Below are positions 11,716 to 25,784 of a stretch of 64,000 nt of DNA, piece after piece. The DNA lies in contig CM059437.1 in NCBI GenBank assembly GCA_030390025.1, positions 20,336,001 to 20,400,000 of the forward strand, given 5' to 3'. Source of the DNA: Squalus acanthias. Taxonomy: Eukaryota. How positions within the stretch are numbered: the first letter of the stretch is position 1; each line of letters begins with the position of its first letter. Below the pieces are notes generated by a model that was not told the DNA's origin, searched no databases, and saw only the letters and a program-made list of their open reading frames with translations. A program made the position numbers and the translations under genes.

Positions 11716-14605
11716 TCACTTGATGCCTTTACTAGTCAGAAATCTATCAACTTCTGTTTTGAATATACCCAATGACTGAGTCTCCACAGCCCTCTGGGGT
11801 AGAGTATTCCAAAGATTCACCACCCTCTGTGTGAAGAAATTTCTTCTCATCTCAGTCCTGAATGGCCTACCCTTTATCCTGAGGCTGTGGCTCCTGATTC
11901 TAGACTCCCCAGTCAAGGGAAACATTCTCCCAGCATCCACCCTATCGAGCCCTGTAATAATTTTGTATGCTTCAATGAGATCCCCTCTCATTCTTCTGAA
12001 TTCAAGAGAATACAGGCCTAGTTTACTCAATGTCTTCTCATATGACAGTCCTGCCATCCCAGGAATCAATCTCATGAACCTTCGTTGCACTCCCTCTATG
12101 GCAAGTATATCCTTCCTTAGGTTAGGAGACCAAAATTGTACACAGTACTCCAGGTGTGGTCTCACCAAGGCCATATATAATTGGAGTAAGACTTCTTTAC
12201 TCCTGTACTCAAATCCTCTTGTAATGTAGGTCAGCATACCATTTGCCTTCCTAATGGCTTGCTGCACCTGCACATTCACTTTCAGTGACTCATGTACAAG
12301 GACACTCAGGTCCCTTTTGAGCATCTGCATTCCCCAATCTTTCACCATTTAGGAAATACTCTGCCTTTCTGTTTTTTCTACCAAAGTGGATAACTTCACA
12401 TTTATCCACATTATATTCCATCTGCCATGTTCTCGCCCACTCACTGAGCCTGTCGAGATCCCCTTGAAGCCTCTTCACATCCTCTTCACAACTGACACTG
12501 CCACCTAGCTTTGTATCATCAGCAAATTTGGAAATGTTACATTTAGTCCCCTCATCCAAATCATTGATATAGATTGTGAATAGCTGGGGCCCAAGCACCG
12601 ATCCTTGCGGTACCCCACTAGTCACAGCCTGCCATCCTGAAAAAGACCCATTTAGCCCTACTCTTTGTTTTCTGTCTGTTAACCAATTCTCAATTCATGC
12701 TAGTATATTACTCCCAATTCCATGTGCCCTAATTTTGTTCACCAACCTCTTGTGTGGGACCTTATTAAAGGCCTTCTGAAAATCCAGATACACCACATCT
12801 ACCGGTTCCCCTTTGTCTACTCCACTAGGTACATCCTCAAAGAACTCCAATAGGTTTGTCAAACAGGATTTCCCTTTCATAAATCCATGTTGACTCTGCC
12901 CAATCTTATTATTAGTTTCTAAGTGCCCAGTTACTGCATCCTTTATAATAGATTCCAGCATTTTCCCAACTACTGATGTGAGGCTAACAGGTCTGTAGTT
13001 CCCCGTTTTCTCTCACCCTTCTTTCTTAAATAGCAGGGTTACATTTACTATCCTCCAATCTGCAGGAACCGTTCCAGAATCTATAGAATTTTGGAAGATG
13101 ACAACCAATGCGTCCACTATCCCAATGGCCACCTCTTTCAAAACCCGAGGATGTAGGTCATCCGGTCCTTGGGATTTATCGACTTTTAGTCCCATTAATT
13201 TTGCTAGTACTGTTTTTTTACTAGTAATAATTTCTTTAAGTTCCTCATTCTTGCCTCACCCTTGGTTTTCTCGTATTTCTGGGAGGTTTTTTGTGTCTTC
13301 CTCCGTGAAGACAGAAACAAAGTATTTATTTAATTTCTCGACCATTTCCTCATTCCCCATTATAAATTCTCCCGTCTCTGACTGCAAAGGACCTACATTT
13401 ACCTTCGCCAGTCTTTTCTTTTTCACATACCTATAGAAGCTTTTACAATCCATTTTTATATTTTTTGCTAGTTTGTGCTCATATTCCATTTTCCCTTTCT
13501 TTATCAATTTCTTGGTCCCCCTTTGCTGATGTCTAAAAAGATCCCAATCCTCAGGCTGACTGCTTTTTCTGGCAACTTTATAAGCTTCCTCCTTTGACTT
13601 AATACTAGCTTTAATTTCTTTTGTTAGCCATGGTTGAATCACTTTTCCTTTTGGTTTTTTAAGCCCTAGAGGAATATATGTTTGTTGCAAATTATGCATT
13701 ATTTCCTTGAATGTTAGCCATTGTATGTCCACCTTCATACCTTTTAGCGTAGTCTCCCAATCTACCATGGCCAACTTGGCCCTCAGACCCTTGTAGTTTC
13801 CTCTGTTTAGATTGAAGACCTTAGTTTCAGGTTGGACTACATCACTCTCAAACTTAATGTAAAATTCAATCATATTATGGTCACTTGTCCCTAAAGGCCC
13901 CTTTACCACAAGATTATTGATTAGCCCTTTCTCATTACACAGTACCAGATCCAGAATATCCTGTTCCCTGGTTGGTTCCTCCACATACTGATCCAGGAAA
14001 CCATCTCGCATGCTTTTCAAGAATTCGTCCTCCACACCATTAGTGGTAATTTGATTTGCCCAGTCAATATGTAGATTAAAGTCCCCCATGATTACCGTAT
14101 TGCCCTTGTTACATGCGCTTCTAATTTCTTGATTGATACTGTGCCCTACATTACCACTACTGTTTGGTGGTCTATACACAACTCCCACCAATGTTTTCCA
14201 CCCTTTGCTGTTTCTTAGCTCCACCCAAACTGATTCCAGTTCTACATCACGATCTGCCGAGCCAAGATCTTTTATCTCTACCATACCGATCTCATCCCTT
14301 ATTAACAGCGCTATGTCACCTCCTTTTCCTTTTTGCCTGTCCTTCCTAAATGTTGAGTACCCTGGAACATTCAGTTCCCAGCTTTGGTTACCCTGCAACC
14401 ATGTCTCTGTAATGGCAATTACATCATACCCATTTACTTCTATTTGTGCCATTAATTCATCCACCTTGTTGCAAATGCTACGTGCATTTAGATAAAGTGC
14501 CTTTAACTTTGCTTGTTTAATATTTTTCTGCACTTTGACCCTCTTTACTGTTGGCCTTTGTTTCTGCTCCCTACTAGTTTTGCTGACTACTTTTCTAACT
14601 TGCAC
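11716..14605 (-). pseudogene. CR1 ORF2 (APE endonuclease + reverse transcriptase), inactivated
   Basis: [30 protein letters not shown] and KFADD motifs. ORF-track pieces 13256-14605, 13013-13195, 12695-12961 and 12290-12625 share one frame separated by single stops; one frameshift near 12320. Confidence 0.92.
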
Positions 14606-14689
14606 TTCCAGCTTTGTTTCTCTCAGTTCTGGGCCAACACTTCGGTTCCCAGCCTCCTGACAAACTAGTTTAAATCCTTCCCAACAGCA

Positions 14690-15613
14690 CTAGCAAACCC
14701 CCCCTGTGAGGATATTGGTCCCGGTTCTGCCGAGGTGTAACCCGTCCAGCTTGTACAGGTCCCACCTACCCCAGAATCGATCCCAATGCCTCAGGAATTT
14801 AAATCCCTCCCTCCTACACCATCTCTCCAGCCACGCATTCAACTGGTCTATTCTCCTATTTCTGTTCTCGCTAGCACGTGGCACTGGGAGTAATCCTGAG
14901 ATTACTACCTTTGAGGTCCTGCTTTTTAATTTATTTCTTAGCTCCCTATATTCTGCTTGCAGAGCCTCGTCCCTCTTTCTACCTATATCGTTGGTACTGA
15001 CATGGACCACAACCTCTGGCTGTTCACCCTCCCCCTTCAGAATGTCCTGCAGCCGCTCAGTGACATCCTTGACCCTGGCACCAGGGAGGCAACATACCAT
15101 CCTGGAGTCACGTCTGCGGCCACAGAAACGTCTATCTGTCCCCTTACGATAGAATCCCCTATCACTATTGCTCTCCCACTCTTTTTCTCCCCTCCTGTGC
15201 AGCTGAGCCACTCGTAGTGCCACGGACTTGGCTCTTGCTGCATTCCCCTGAGAAACCATCTCCCCCAGCATATCCAAAACAGAATATCTGTTGGAGAGGG
15301 AGATGGACCCAGGGGACTCCTGCACTACCTTCCTAGTTCTTTTACTCTGTCTGGTGGTCACCCATTCCCTTTCTGCCGGTGCACTCTTTACCCGCAGTGT
15401 GACCACCTCGTTAAACGTGCTATCCACGTAGATCTCATCCTCGTGGATGCTCCACAGTGACTCCAGCCGCAGCTCCAGATCCAAAATGCGGATTTTGAGT
15501 AGCTGCAGCTGGAGACACTTCCTGCACATGTGTTTGCCCTGGACACCGAAAGTGTCCCTGACTTCCCACATAGCACAGGAGGAGCACTCCACGCTGCTGA
15601 GCTGCCCTGTCAT
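14690..15613 (-). pseudogene. CR1 ORF1 (CxxC...CxxC zinc finger, coiled coil, SGNH/GDSL esterase domain)
   Basis: CSSC...CRKC, VVVHVSTNDI and DGLHL motifs. The IVIGDSIVRG motif lies in another frame (ORF 15037-15243), implying compensating frameshifts. Confidence 0.88.
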
Positions 15614-16759
15614 GTTCTACCCTTAATTTACTCCCTTTACTTCCTCTAAATTAAAGAATATTAAATACACTAGGGACCTTACTTCACTTTAAACACTACT
15701 TACTCTAAACTAGAGACCTTACTTTTACTTTTAACGACTGGACTGTAGAAATACTCACCAGGTCCTACTTACCAATCAGCTCCTTCCCTGGTTGTGATGT
15801 CACTTTAGCGGTTTTGCAGTTGTTGTTGTTGTTGTTTGACTGCTCCCGCTCTCGGACTCTTTCCTGGGTGTAAAGTAAGAACTAATTGCTACAGGGTGAA
15901 AAGTTAGGGAAAGCAAAGGCGAATCAAGGGAGCTCCTCCTTCCACTCCTCACCTAACTCCCTCCCTCACTCACTCACCCAACTCCCAGCACTCTAATCAA
16001 ACTGCACTGTGAAGCCTGTTTTTATAGGCCCTTAAACAAGGGAGCTGGCTGAGCCCTGCTACAGGAAAACCAGTTTAATCTAGTTTCCCTAATTAACTGC
16101 CTTCAGCTGCTCTGAATTATCCTCTGCCTTCTCCAGTGCTGCCGACTCCTCTCAGGTCCGCTGTCCTCGGCCTCCCGCTCTCTTTATCCACTGCCTTCTC
16201 CGGGGCTGCCGACTCCTTTAGGGTCCAATGAAGTACTTTTAAAGTGTAGTCATTGTTGTAACATAGGAAACTAAGGAAAATGCGATAACATTTCTAAACA
16301 GTGGGTAAATGTCACATGATCAAATGTCACATGATCAAAATTTTACCTGAACAAGCCACAGCCAACCAGAGTTGGCAAACCTAAATGTATGTCTGGGGTT
16401 ATTTGTAATATTGACCCTGTTTATGGGCTTGATCGATTACTGTGGCTGTTATGGAACTCCAGAATTAGCCAATGTTCAGATATTGCACGTTATTTAGTGC
16501 CCAAAATACCCATACAGGGTCTATTAATGACTATTCACACCGCCCTCCAGGCAGCAATTTAGGTGGCATTAATGCACCCAGGCTCTTGGTTATCTATCTT
16601 TCGCACATTTTGCTGGCATTTGCATGTGATTAGGAATAAATTAAGTGCCTGCATTATCCTTGAAACTGCTCCGAGTCATGCATACATGTGCTTAAGACTT
16701 TGTTTGGACTGGAAAGCTGGATGGGCCTCTGCTTCCATTTCCCATGAGATTGAAACAGT

Positions 16760-17423
16760 GGGCTCGGTTTTAATGCCTCCCCCCCTCCACCACCATCCCA
16801 GCCTGGTGGAAACCGAGCGGGGCGGGTGCAGTTAAGATGAGGGCAATCACTTACCCGCTCTGATCCCGCTGCCTTTCTACTCGTTTGAGCAGGCAAGCGG
16901 GTCACCCGCAGGAAGGAAGTGGGGCCCTACTTTAAATATGCAGTTCGGAGGCCGAAAATGTCACTGGCAACCGACTGCGCTATTAGTCGGAGGTCTGAGC
17001 AGGGGAGCAGTGACGGCTTCATGGGCCAGAAGAGGCTAAGCAGGTTAGTTTTGTTTAAAAAAAAAATAATAATTTCAGGTTTCTTTGTGGGCCTGGATGA
17101 GCAGAAGCCCTCAGAAGAAAGTCTTGGGCCTCCCTTGCTCCGCGGAGGCTATCCCCCCCCCCCAATCACGGGCAGAAAGCTCCCCCAGATCGCCTTCAGG
17201 GCCCCCCGCAATGGACGGCAGGGGACCGTTCCCATGGGTCCCTTGCTGTGTCACTGAATTCCCACTCACGGCAGCCGAGCAGGTGGTTCTGACCCAGACT
17301 CTTGGAATATCTATTCAAATGAGGCCCGGCTGTTAAGGCCTCCACGTCCCCAGAAACCCCGGGTTGACCGCCCGCTTCGGGGATCGTGCGCTCCGTTCCC
17401 ATTCCCACTTTAAAATCGGGGCT
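16760..17423. mobile_element. Harbinger-like MITE
   Basis: Imperfect TIRs GGGCTCGGTTTTAA / TTAAAATCGGGGCT; flanks AGT/GGT; GC-rich interior. Confidence 0.65.
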
Positions 17424-17548
17424 GGTACTTGTGATCATTGTGGGACTGATCTTAGATTGATGAGGGCACCTGACGGCCATGAGGTTCACGGTAGTTCATG
17501 CAATGTTGCTTGTGATGTAAGGGAAATTCACAGTTCTAGTGAATCTTA

Positions 17549-18414
17549 GGCCGCAATTTTTTCAATGGAGGCGGTTGGGTGCGGGTCAGGTGGTTTCCGG
17601 CTTCCAGTCCCGCCCCCAACTGCATCCGGCCCACGGACGTGATTTTACGTTGATTGACCTTGTTAAGCCCGCCCTGCGAGCTCGCCGGCCAATTAAGAGG
17701 AAGCCGGTCAGATGACGTAATTTGATGATGCGTCATCTGCCAGTTTTCTTAAAGGGACCACGCACAATTTTTTTTGACAGCTGATTTCTCAGTGTTTGAC
17801 AGCATTGAGGTGCTGAAAACACTGACAATCACTGTACAAAGGTGACCTCTTGTACCCAGGCTCTCCAATGACTCCCTCCATAGGCTGGAATAGATGGTAG
17901 CTGCAGGTGAGGTGACAAAAGCGATCTATCACTGGTGAGAGAGGTTCTCCCAATGAGGTGGCACTGGACATGGAGTTCAAAACTTGTAACCTAAAGAAAT
18001 GTGTAAATGCATTAAAAATGCATTGCCCAACATTTTCTCACCTCTGAGACTCACCAGCGCACCATTGGATCCTTCACACCACTTCTGCAGCTGTCATCAA
18101 TCCAGAAACATTACAGCAGACTCACAACACGCCACACTTACCTGGCATGGTGTCGGGAAACCTGAGGCAGAAGCGGCAAAATTCAAAAATAGCCTGTGAA
18201 CTACTAGCAACTACCTGTTAATAGGCAGGTAATTGTCTTTAATCCTCTTCCCGCCACTAGGTGTAGGGTCCATGCGCAAATCGGGGACCCGACACTTGGG
18301 AAAATTGTTTGGAGGCGGGTTGATGGTGGGTTCATAACCCGCCGTCAATCAAAATGATTTTAACCGTTGACCTGCCTCCAAACCCGCCCTCTGAGCGCCG
18401 GCAAAATCCAGCCC
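17549..18414. mobile_element. Harbinger-like MITE, same family as 28903-30338 in inverted orientation
   Basis: Ends GGCCGCAATTTT / AAAATCCAGCCC; collinear with the reverse complement of 28903-29363 plus 29945-30338. Confidence 0.8.
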
Positions 18415-18730
18415 ATAGTGTTCAGTCTGGGACGTATGTATCAGTGCGTCATAATTAGGCACCTGACAGTAACGAATTACTTCTCAAAGGAGTTTTTGTT
18501 TTACTAAATTTGACATTTCAGTCCCTGCCTCGCCCCTAACCCATCATGCGACAGCTGTGTTGAGTTTTGTCTGTTTATAGTAGGTACATCTATGTCCAGT
18601 CACAGCTGATAATCTAACTCCAGTAAGGATGCCCACAACTACAGTGTACAGAGAGTCATCAACTGTGTAGAAGGCCTTGGTTTATTCATTTACCATTCCA
18701 GAAGAACATGGGGATGGAGGGGGAATGAAA

Positions 18731-19158
18731 TAAAGAAAGAAAAACTTCCATTTATAAAGCGCCTTTCACGTCTCAAAGCGCTTTACAGCCAATTAAGTAC
18801 TTTTGGAATGTAGTCACTGTTCTAACGTGAGAAATGCAGTAGCCAATTTGCGCACAGCAAGCTCCCACAAACAGCAATGTGATAATGACCAGATAATCTG
18901 TTTTTGCTATGTTGATTGAGGGATAAATATTGGCCAGGACACCAGGGATAACTCCCCTGCTCCTCTTCGAAATAGTGCCATGGGATCTTTTACGTCCATC
19001 TGAGAGAACAGACGGCACCTCCGACAGTGCAGCACTCCCTCAGCACTGCACTGGAGTGTCAGCCTAGATGTATGTGCTCAAGTCCCTGGAGTGGGACTTG
19101 AACCCACAACCTTCTGACTCAGAGGCGAGTGTACTACCCACTGAGCCACAGCTGACAC
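18731..19158 (-). mobile_element. tRNA-derived Deu-domain SINE (SacSINE1/AmnSINE1-like)
   Basis: Pol III A and B boxes on the minus strand, Deu core AAAGATCCCATGGCAC...GTGTCCTGGCCAA, and L2-like tail. Confidence 0.85.
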
Positions 19159-21243
19159 TGAAGGTTTGGTGGGCACACATCAAGGAAATCAACTGTGGAA
19201 AAATAACAGTCGGAATGAGAAAAAAAAAATCACAAGAACTGGAAATTTGAAATAAAATGGAATATTTTGGAAATACAGAGCAAGTCGATCAGCATCTGAA
19301 GGAACCAAATCGGTTAAAATGGTTCAGGCATTACTCTTCATCAGAATAGAGTTCACATTAAGGAGCGCATCCAAATCTTTTCTTTCTGTTTCACATTTGC
19401 GCGTCCTTTGCATGAGCATTTTATGTGAGTGTATGCTTTCCTGCTTATGGCATTCTCTCACACCATCCCTGTTTCTCCTGATTTGTTCTCTTTAATTTAT
19501 TCTTTCCTTCCTCCTCTCATTCTCTGTCTCTGTTTGTCTTGTCCCCTCTTCCCCTTTCACTCTTTCTTTCTCTCTCATGCCTTCCCCATCTTCAATTCCC
19601 ATTTTCATTCCTGTCCGCTCCCTCTTTCTCTTACTTCTCTCTCGATTTGAAAATTTGCATTATGATTGGTGTTTTTAAAAAATAGTAAATTCACAAAATA
19701 TCCGCACCTGCTCCATTATAACTTCATAGATGGTTATTTCCAACTCGAACTTCTATCGTTTACTTCATGTGGGGTGTGGTATAAATGAATATCAGTCTTA
19801 AGGTAGTTTATTAGGAAAATCAGTAAAGATCAAGATCGAACTGCCAAGCAAACCATTTTTCCAATTGTTAAGTAATGAGTTATACTACAGTAAGATTACT
19901 CTCCATTCTTCAAATTTAAACTGAGGTTGAAATACAGCCTGAATATATTGGTGAAATTGAAATCTGATTTGCTTTCGAGTACTTCTGCACAATCACTGTC
20001 CAATACACACACTGTGCTCTGCATCTAACATCAAATCAGCAGATTACAAAAGACTATGGTTTGCAAAAGGAAATCATTTTTCATATTTGATAATGTAACA
20101 GATATCAGAATTCATGCAGAAATGAGATGAGGTCTAAATGAGCTCTCACTTTTGTGCCTGAAATGCTCTGTTTAACCAGCCACCCACCAGCCTGCTCCTA
20201 TGTAATGCTTTAATCTTTTTTAACCATCACTTCACATTGGGACTGAGTGCATGGACGGGGCAGCATTCAAAAACCACACTCCAGCAGCAGAAGAGCCGGA
20301 AGCAGCTTGCAGGAGGTGGCCACTCCTGGTATAGATCATAGCAATTACAGCTGATCGATATGATAAACAACAGCTTTGCATTTTCCTAGGGTGCAGATGT
20401 TGCAGTCAAGCTGAGGAAAGGAAATGTGCCCCATTATTAAACAAGTGATTGGAATGATTTGGACCTGTGATTCCCCGCATAGCGAGTTCCTAATCTTAAC
20501 TGAGAGAAGCAAAACTACAGAAGAAGGGAGAGAAGATCAGTAACAGGGAACTGCTCTTGCACACTGCTTGGGGCAGAATTTCCTGATCCTATACTAGGTA
20601 TATTGGATTGCCTGGGTACAGCACCGAGAGGAAAATTAGGCAGAGTGGATTGCATGCTTGTAAAGGATCTCACCCAATTTTCTGTCTCTTCATTTAAATG
20701 GATAGAAAATTAGGTGGGCTGCCTTATTGGCATGCAACTTTTTCACCCAATGGGTGGGTTAATCCATCCTGAAGGTGTGTTTCTAATCTTCTGGATAGTG
20801 ATGCTGGCCAAGGTGTAAAAGGAAATAGTGCAGACACTTTGCTCTGTATATATAGAAACAGTAGAAAGAAATGATAGCATTGCTGATCACATAGAATTAT
20901 AGAAATGTCTGCATCTGCCATGGCAAATTTTAAAATGTGTTCTAGAGAATTGAAGACAAAATATTGCTTTGAAATAGTTTATGCTCCAACATGGTTATTC
21001 TCTGCTTCAGTGTGCACTGTAGCCAAAAGGAAGTCATAAAACCCAAATAAGCTATTCCAGAAACTGAGACTATCCAATCTCACCCCGAGGTGATCACTCC
21101 CTTTTAATCACTAGATTGGGAAGCAATTCTGGCTAAAACAGTCATTATCTCTTCCCACCTAAACCCTGCTTACTCCTCCAAGCTGTATTGGACTGTGTTC
21201 GCCATAGACCGAGCTCTGAAGTAAAACTGGTGATGCAAGCTGT

Positions 21244-21977
21244 GGGCCAGAACTTGCTGTCAAAATAACGGCAAATCTAATGGCGCTCCCTGATATTTAT
21301 GGGTAAATGGTATAGCAAGTTTAGGCGAGGAGCAGATGAGCGGTTAAATATAAATATGAAAAAGTTCCTGTCAGAGTTGCGCATTTCACACTTAGCCTCC
21401 CTGGTTTTTTTGGAACTTGCAGTATTTGCCCATTAATTGCCCATTAAACTCGCCACAGAAAGTTAAGTTTTGTCATTACAAGCATAAGTACCCTTTTAAC
21501 GATGTGATAAGTGTTAATGACTGCCAATCAACATCCCTGGCACCGAAAAGTAACTCTTACAAGTGTGGTGTCTCACTCCTTCAGGTTTTTAATTTTTTGC
21601 GGGAGATTTAAAAAATATAATTTAAAATTTTTTCTTACTTCTCCTTTCTGTCTTTTTATTTTATCTCTCTTAATCCAATCTTTCTTTCCCTCTCTATTTC
21701 TCTTTCTGAACCTGATTCGACATTTAATTCACCCACCCTAATTTACCTTCCTTCTCAGTCCTTCCTGTGATTATTTCTCAATCCTTCAATCTCATTGGTT
21801 AGGGAGATACCCTGTTGGCTGCCCTGTTCTCTCAGGTCCCAGATGCCCTGATTCCGTCGCTGTGCCATTATCAGCACACATTTTCAGCAGATTTTTTGGG
21901 CAAACCATTTTTGAGCCGAAGGGTGCAGAGGCAAGTCTAACTAACGTTGGATGCTCTGCTGCAGCGAAATCTGGCCC
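21244..21977. mobile_element. Harbinger-like MITE, older
   Basis: Imperfect TIRs GGGCCAGAACTTGCTG / CAGCGAAATCTGGCCC; TSD not preserved. Confidence 0.6.
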
Positions 21978-22537
21978 ATTGTTTTGTTTATTTGACAAAC
22001 GCAGGGATAGGTAAAGACTCATAGTGCAGAACACCACCTGGGCTGAAAAGAGTAGGAGAAGAGGCAAGAATAACTCATGATTACGTGGCACTAAGCTTGA
22101 GTTTTAAGCCTGTAGATTGAAGGAGAAATGGAAGACCTGCAAGATGTAAGAGGTATTGGGGAAGAAAGATTAGGGGTGCGTCACTCCAAAGTGGCAAACA
22201 GGCAGATTGCTCCGAAGGATACAGGAGTATAAACTCAGCCCATGTAAGCTCGAATGAGATCCTGCAGAGGCAGATGAAAGAATTCTGCAAGAGAGAGAAG
22301 ATCCAATCAGAAGTTCAGGATTAGCATTCCATTTTTCAAACCTCCCTAATCCAAAATTGGAATCCTATTGCTCCAATGTTCTGTATATCATAGCTTTAGT
22401 TCATTTTTTCCCTTTAAGATTTTGTGCTCATCAAGGAAAAGGATATTGGTGCTTGGACTAGAGAACTCTTCCAATATCAGCCACCCAGGGTCAGGTACAA
22501 ACACTCCAAAGTTATGTACAGCACAACCATCTGTAGA

Positions 22538-24561
22538 ATATCCCTCACTCTACCATACCGTCAAGCCAGGGAACGAACCCTGGTTCAATAAGGAGAGCAG
22601 AAGAGCATGCCAGGAGCAGCACCAGGCGTACCTAAAAATGAGGTGCCAACCTGGGGAAGCTGCAACACAGGACTACATGCATCCTAAACAATGGGAGCAG
22701 CATGCTATAGACAGAACAAAGCGATCCCGCAATCAGCGGATCAGATCAAAGCACTGCAATCCTGCCATATCCAGTCGTGAATGGTGGTGGACAATTAAAC
22801 AACTAACGGGAGGAGGAGGCTCCGTGAATATCCCCATCCTCAATGATGGTGGAGCCCAGCATGTGAGTGCAAAAGACAAGGCTGAAGCGTTTGCAAGCAT
22901 CTTCAGCCAGAAGTGCCGAGTGGATGATCCATCTCGGCCTCCTCCTGAGGTCCCCACCATCACAGAAGCCAGTCTTCAGCCAATTCGATTCACTCCATGC
23001 GATATCAAGAAATGGCTGAGCGCACTGGATACAGCAAAGGCTGCGGACCCCAACAACATCCCGGCTATCGTGCTGAAGATTTGTGCTCCAGAACTAGCTG
23101 CACCTCTAGCCAAGCTGTTCCAGTACAGCTACAACACTGGCATCTACCTGACAATGTAGAAAACTGCCCAGGTATGTCCTGTCCACAAAAAGCAGGACAA
23201 ATCCAATCCATCCAATTACCGCCCCATCATGGAAGGTGTCATCGACAGTACTATCAAGTGGCACTTACTAATAACCTGCTCACCGATGCTCAGTTTGGGT
23301 TCCACCAGGACCACTCAGCTCCAGACCTCATTACAGCCTTGGTCGAAACATGGACAAAAGAGCTGAATTCCAGAGGTGGGGTGAGAGTGACTGCCCTTGA
23401 CATCAAGGCAGCATTTGACCGAATGTGGCATCAAGGAGCCCTAGTAAAACTGAAGTCAATAGGAATCGGGGAAAACTCTCCACTGGCTGGAGTCATACCT
23501 AACACAAAGGAAGATGGTTGTGGTTGTTGGAGGTCAATCATCACAGCCCCAGGACATCGCTGCAAGAGTTCCTCAGGGCAGAGTCCTAGGTCCAACCATC
23601 TTCAGCTGCTTTATCAATGACCATCCCTCCATCATAAGGTCAGAAGTAGGGATGTTCACTGATGACTGCACAGTGTTCAGTGCCATTCACAACTCCTCAG
23701 ATGATGAAGCAGCCCATGCCCACATGCAGCGAGACCTGGATCACATTCAGGCTTAGGCTGATAAGTGGCAAGTAACATTCGCACCCCACAAGTGCAAGGC
23801 AATGACTATCTCCAACAAGAGAGAGTCTAACCACCGCCCCTTGACATTCAACGGTATTACCATCGCCAAATCCCCCACCATCAACATCCTGGGGGTCACC
23901 ATTGACCAGAAACTTAACTGGACCAGCCACATAAATACTGTGGTAACAAGAACAGGTCAGAGGCTGGGTATTCTGCGGCGAGTGTCTCATCTCCTGACTC
24001 CCCAAAGCCTTTCCACCATCTACAAGGCACAAATCAGGAGTGTGATGGAATACTCTCCACTTGCCTGGATGAGTGCAGCTCCAACAACACTCAAGAAGCT
24101 CGACACCATCCAGGACAAAGCATCCCGCTTGATTGGCACCCCATCCACCACCTTAAACATTCACTCCCTCCACCACCGGCGCACCGTGGCTGCAGTGTGT
24201 ACCATCTACAAGATGCACCGCAGCTACTCGCCAAGACTTCTTCGGCAGCACCTCCCAAACCCGTGACCTCTACTGCCTAGAAGGACAAGGGCAGCAGGCG
24301 CATGGGAACACCACCACCTCCAAGTTCCCCTCCCAGTCACACACCATCCTGACTTGGAAGTATATCGCCGCTCCCTCATCGTCGCTGGGTCAAAATCCTG
24401 GAACTCCCTCCCTAACAGCACTGTGGGAGTACCTTCACCACACGGACTGCAGCGATTCAAGAAGGCAGCCCACCACCACCTTCTCAAGGGCAATTAGGGA
24501 TGGGCAATAAATGCTGGCCTTGCCAGCGACGCCCACATTCCATGAACGAATAAAAAAAAAA
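22538..24561 (+). mobile_element. 5'-truncated CR1/L2-group non-LTR retrotransposon, a different family from the HER1-like CR1s
   Basis: RT fragments PELAAPLAKLF, ALDIKAAFD, VPQGRVLGP, MFTDD and IYKAQIRSVMEY with stops and frameshifts; ends AATAAAAAAAAAA. Confidence 0.9.
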
Positions 24562-25784
24562 GTTGCCTCAACTCTGTCCAACAATAGGGTTTAGTCCCAA
24601 TCTCACAAGAGTGTTGCCCACTGGACCAGTGTGACATTTTTTTCCATTTCCAACACCTGTCATGCTATGAGATTAGCAATTAGTGCTGAATTAGGAAGAG
24701 ATTACTACTGTAGGTCCATCCTCACTAGAATTTGAATTGAGACTGCTCAAATTCTTTTTACGAAGGTCAGATAAGACTTTCATCCCATTAGCCTGGGTTT
24801 CATTTGAACCCCATTCCCAGAGGTGCAAGGCCACTGCACCACCGAGTTTTGGTTTAGATTTTTTATACCTCGGTGCTCAATAGTTTGGCCACTTTGTATT
24901 TCAACTGGCCATTTATGTTGTCCAGGTCTGAGTGGAATTGATTCCAGAATGCTGCAGTCCCTCCGAACTGTTTAAATGATGCCTGTGAAGGAAAATGTAA
25001 ATCTTGTCCAGTGAAAGTTGTGCATGTTTTTAAAGGTTTATTTTATTGTAATTATAATGGTTTTCAAATTGGCTGTTAAGAGATAATTTTACAAGGCTTT
25101 GCTGCCAGCACAAAGGTCACTTCCAAGAATCAAAAAAAGTCAGTGCCAGACGATGTTTTATAGAAACTTTGCACAAGACGGTTTTTGTTTATCAAAGTTC
25201 TTCTCTGGACTAGAACAGAAATTGGAAAAGGAAAAATTGAACATCTTATTGCACATTATTCCAGTAAATGTTGCATGGTGTTTTATTTGTTAATTCTGCT
25301 GCTTGACTGTTTGATTTGTAAGTAATTCTTGTCGTGATTTTAGCCTGCAATTCTTGCCTTATGTTTGATATCTCTAGTATTTGGTGAAAGTAGTGACACA
25401 AGTACATGGTAACAAAGTCTAGCGTTCAATTTCATTTGAATCAATTTTAGTCAGGACTTGAACCACAAGACTTCCGTGAGGGCTGAACACATGTGAAATG
25501 CACAAAGTTAGCTCAGGGCAAATGTGGAACCAGTAAAAAGGAAAACCACATTTTAAAAGCATGATCCTTTCCAAGTACATTTGGATTCTGGTTGTAAGTG
25601 TAGTCCATTAAATGTGCGTGGGCATTTATAGTCATTCCCTTAGTTGAGTAAGTATCAATATTTCATATCAGTTTGAGTATGTAATTTAGAAACATTCCCT
25701 TAACTATCAATACCTGATAATGTATCAGTTAGACAACTGATGTGAGACAGACTGCTCTAATCAGAGTTGAATTACAGAGAACTA

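Larger units (their letters stand above)
11599..16224 (-). mobile_element. Near full-length CR1 LINE (~4.6 kb): 5'UTR, ORF1, ORF2
   Basis: ORF1 and ORF2 as listed below; 3' stem-loop and CTTATGTT tail at ~11599-11650; interrupts a SINE. Confidence 0.95.

Noticed and set aside
16307-16336. Perfect 15-bp tandem duplication AAATGTCACATGATC with two E-boxes
   Set aside because: An ordinary local duplication with no supporting context.
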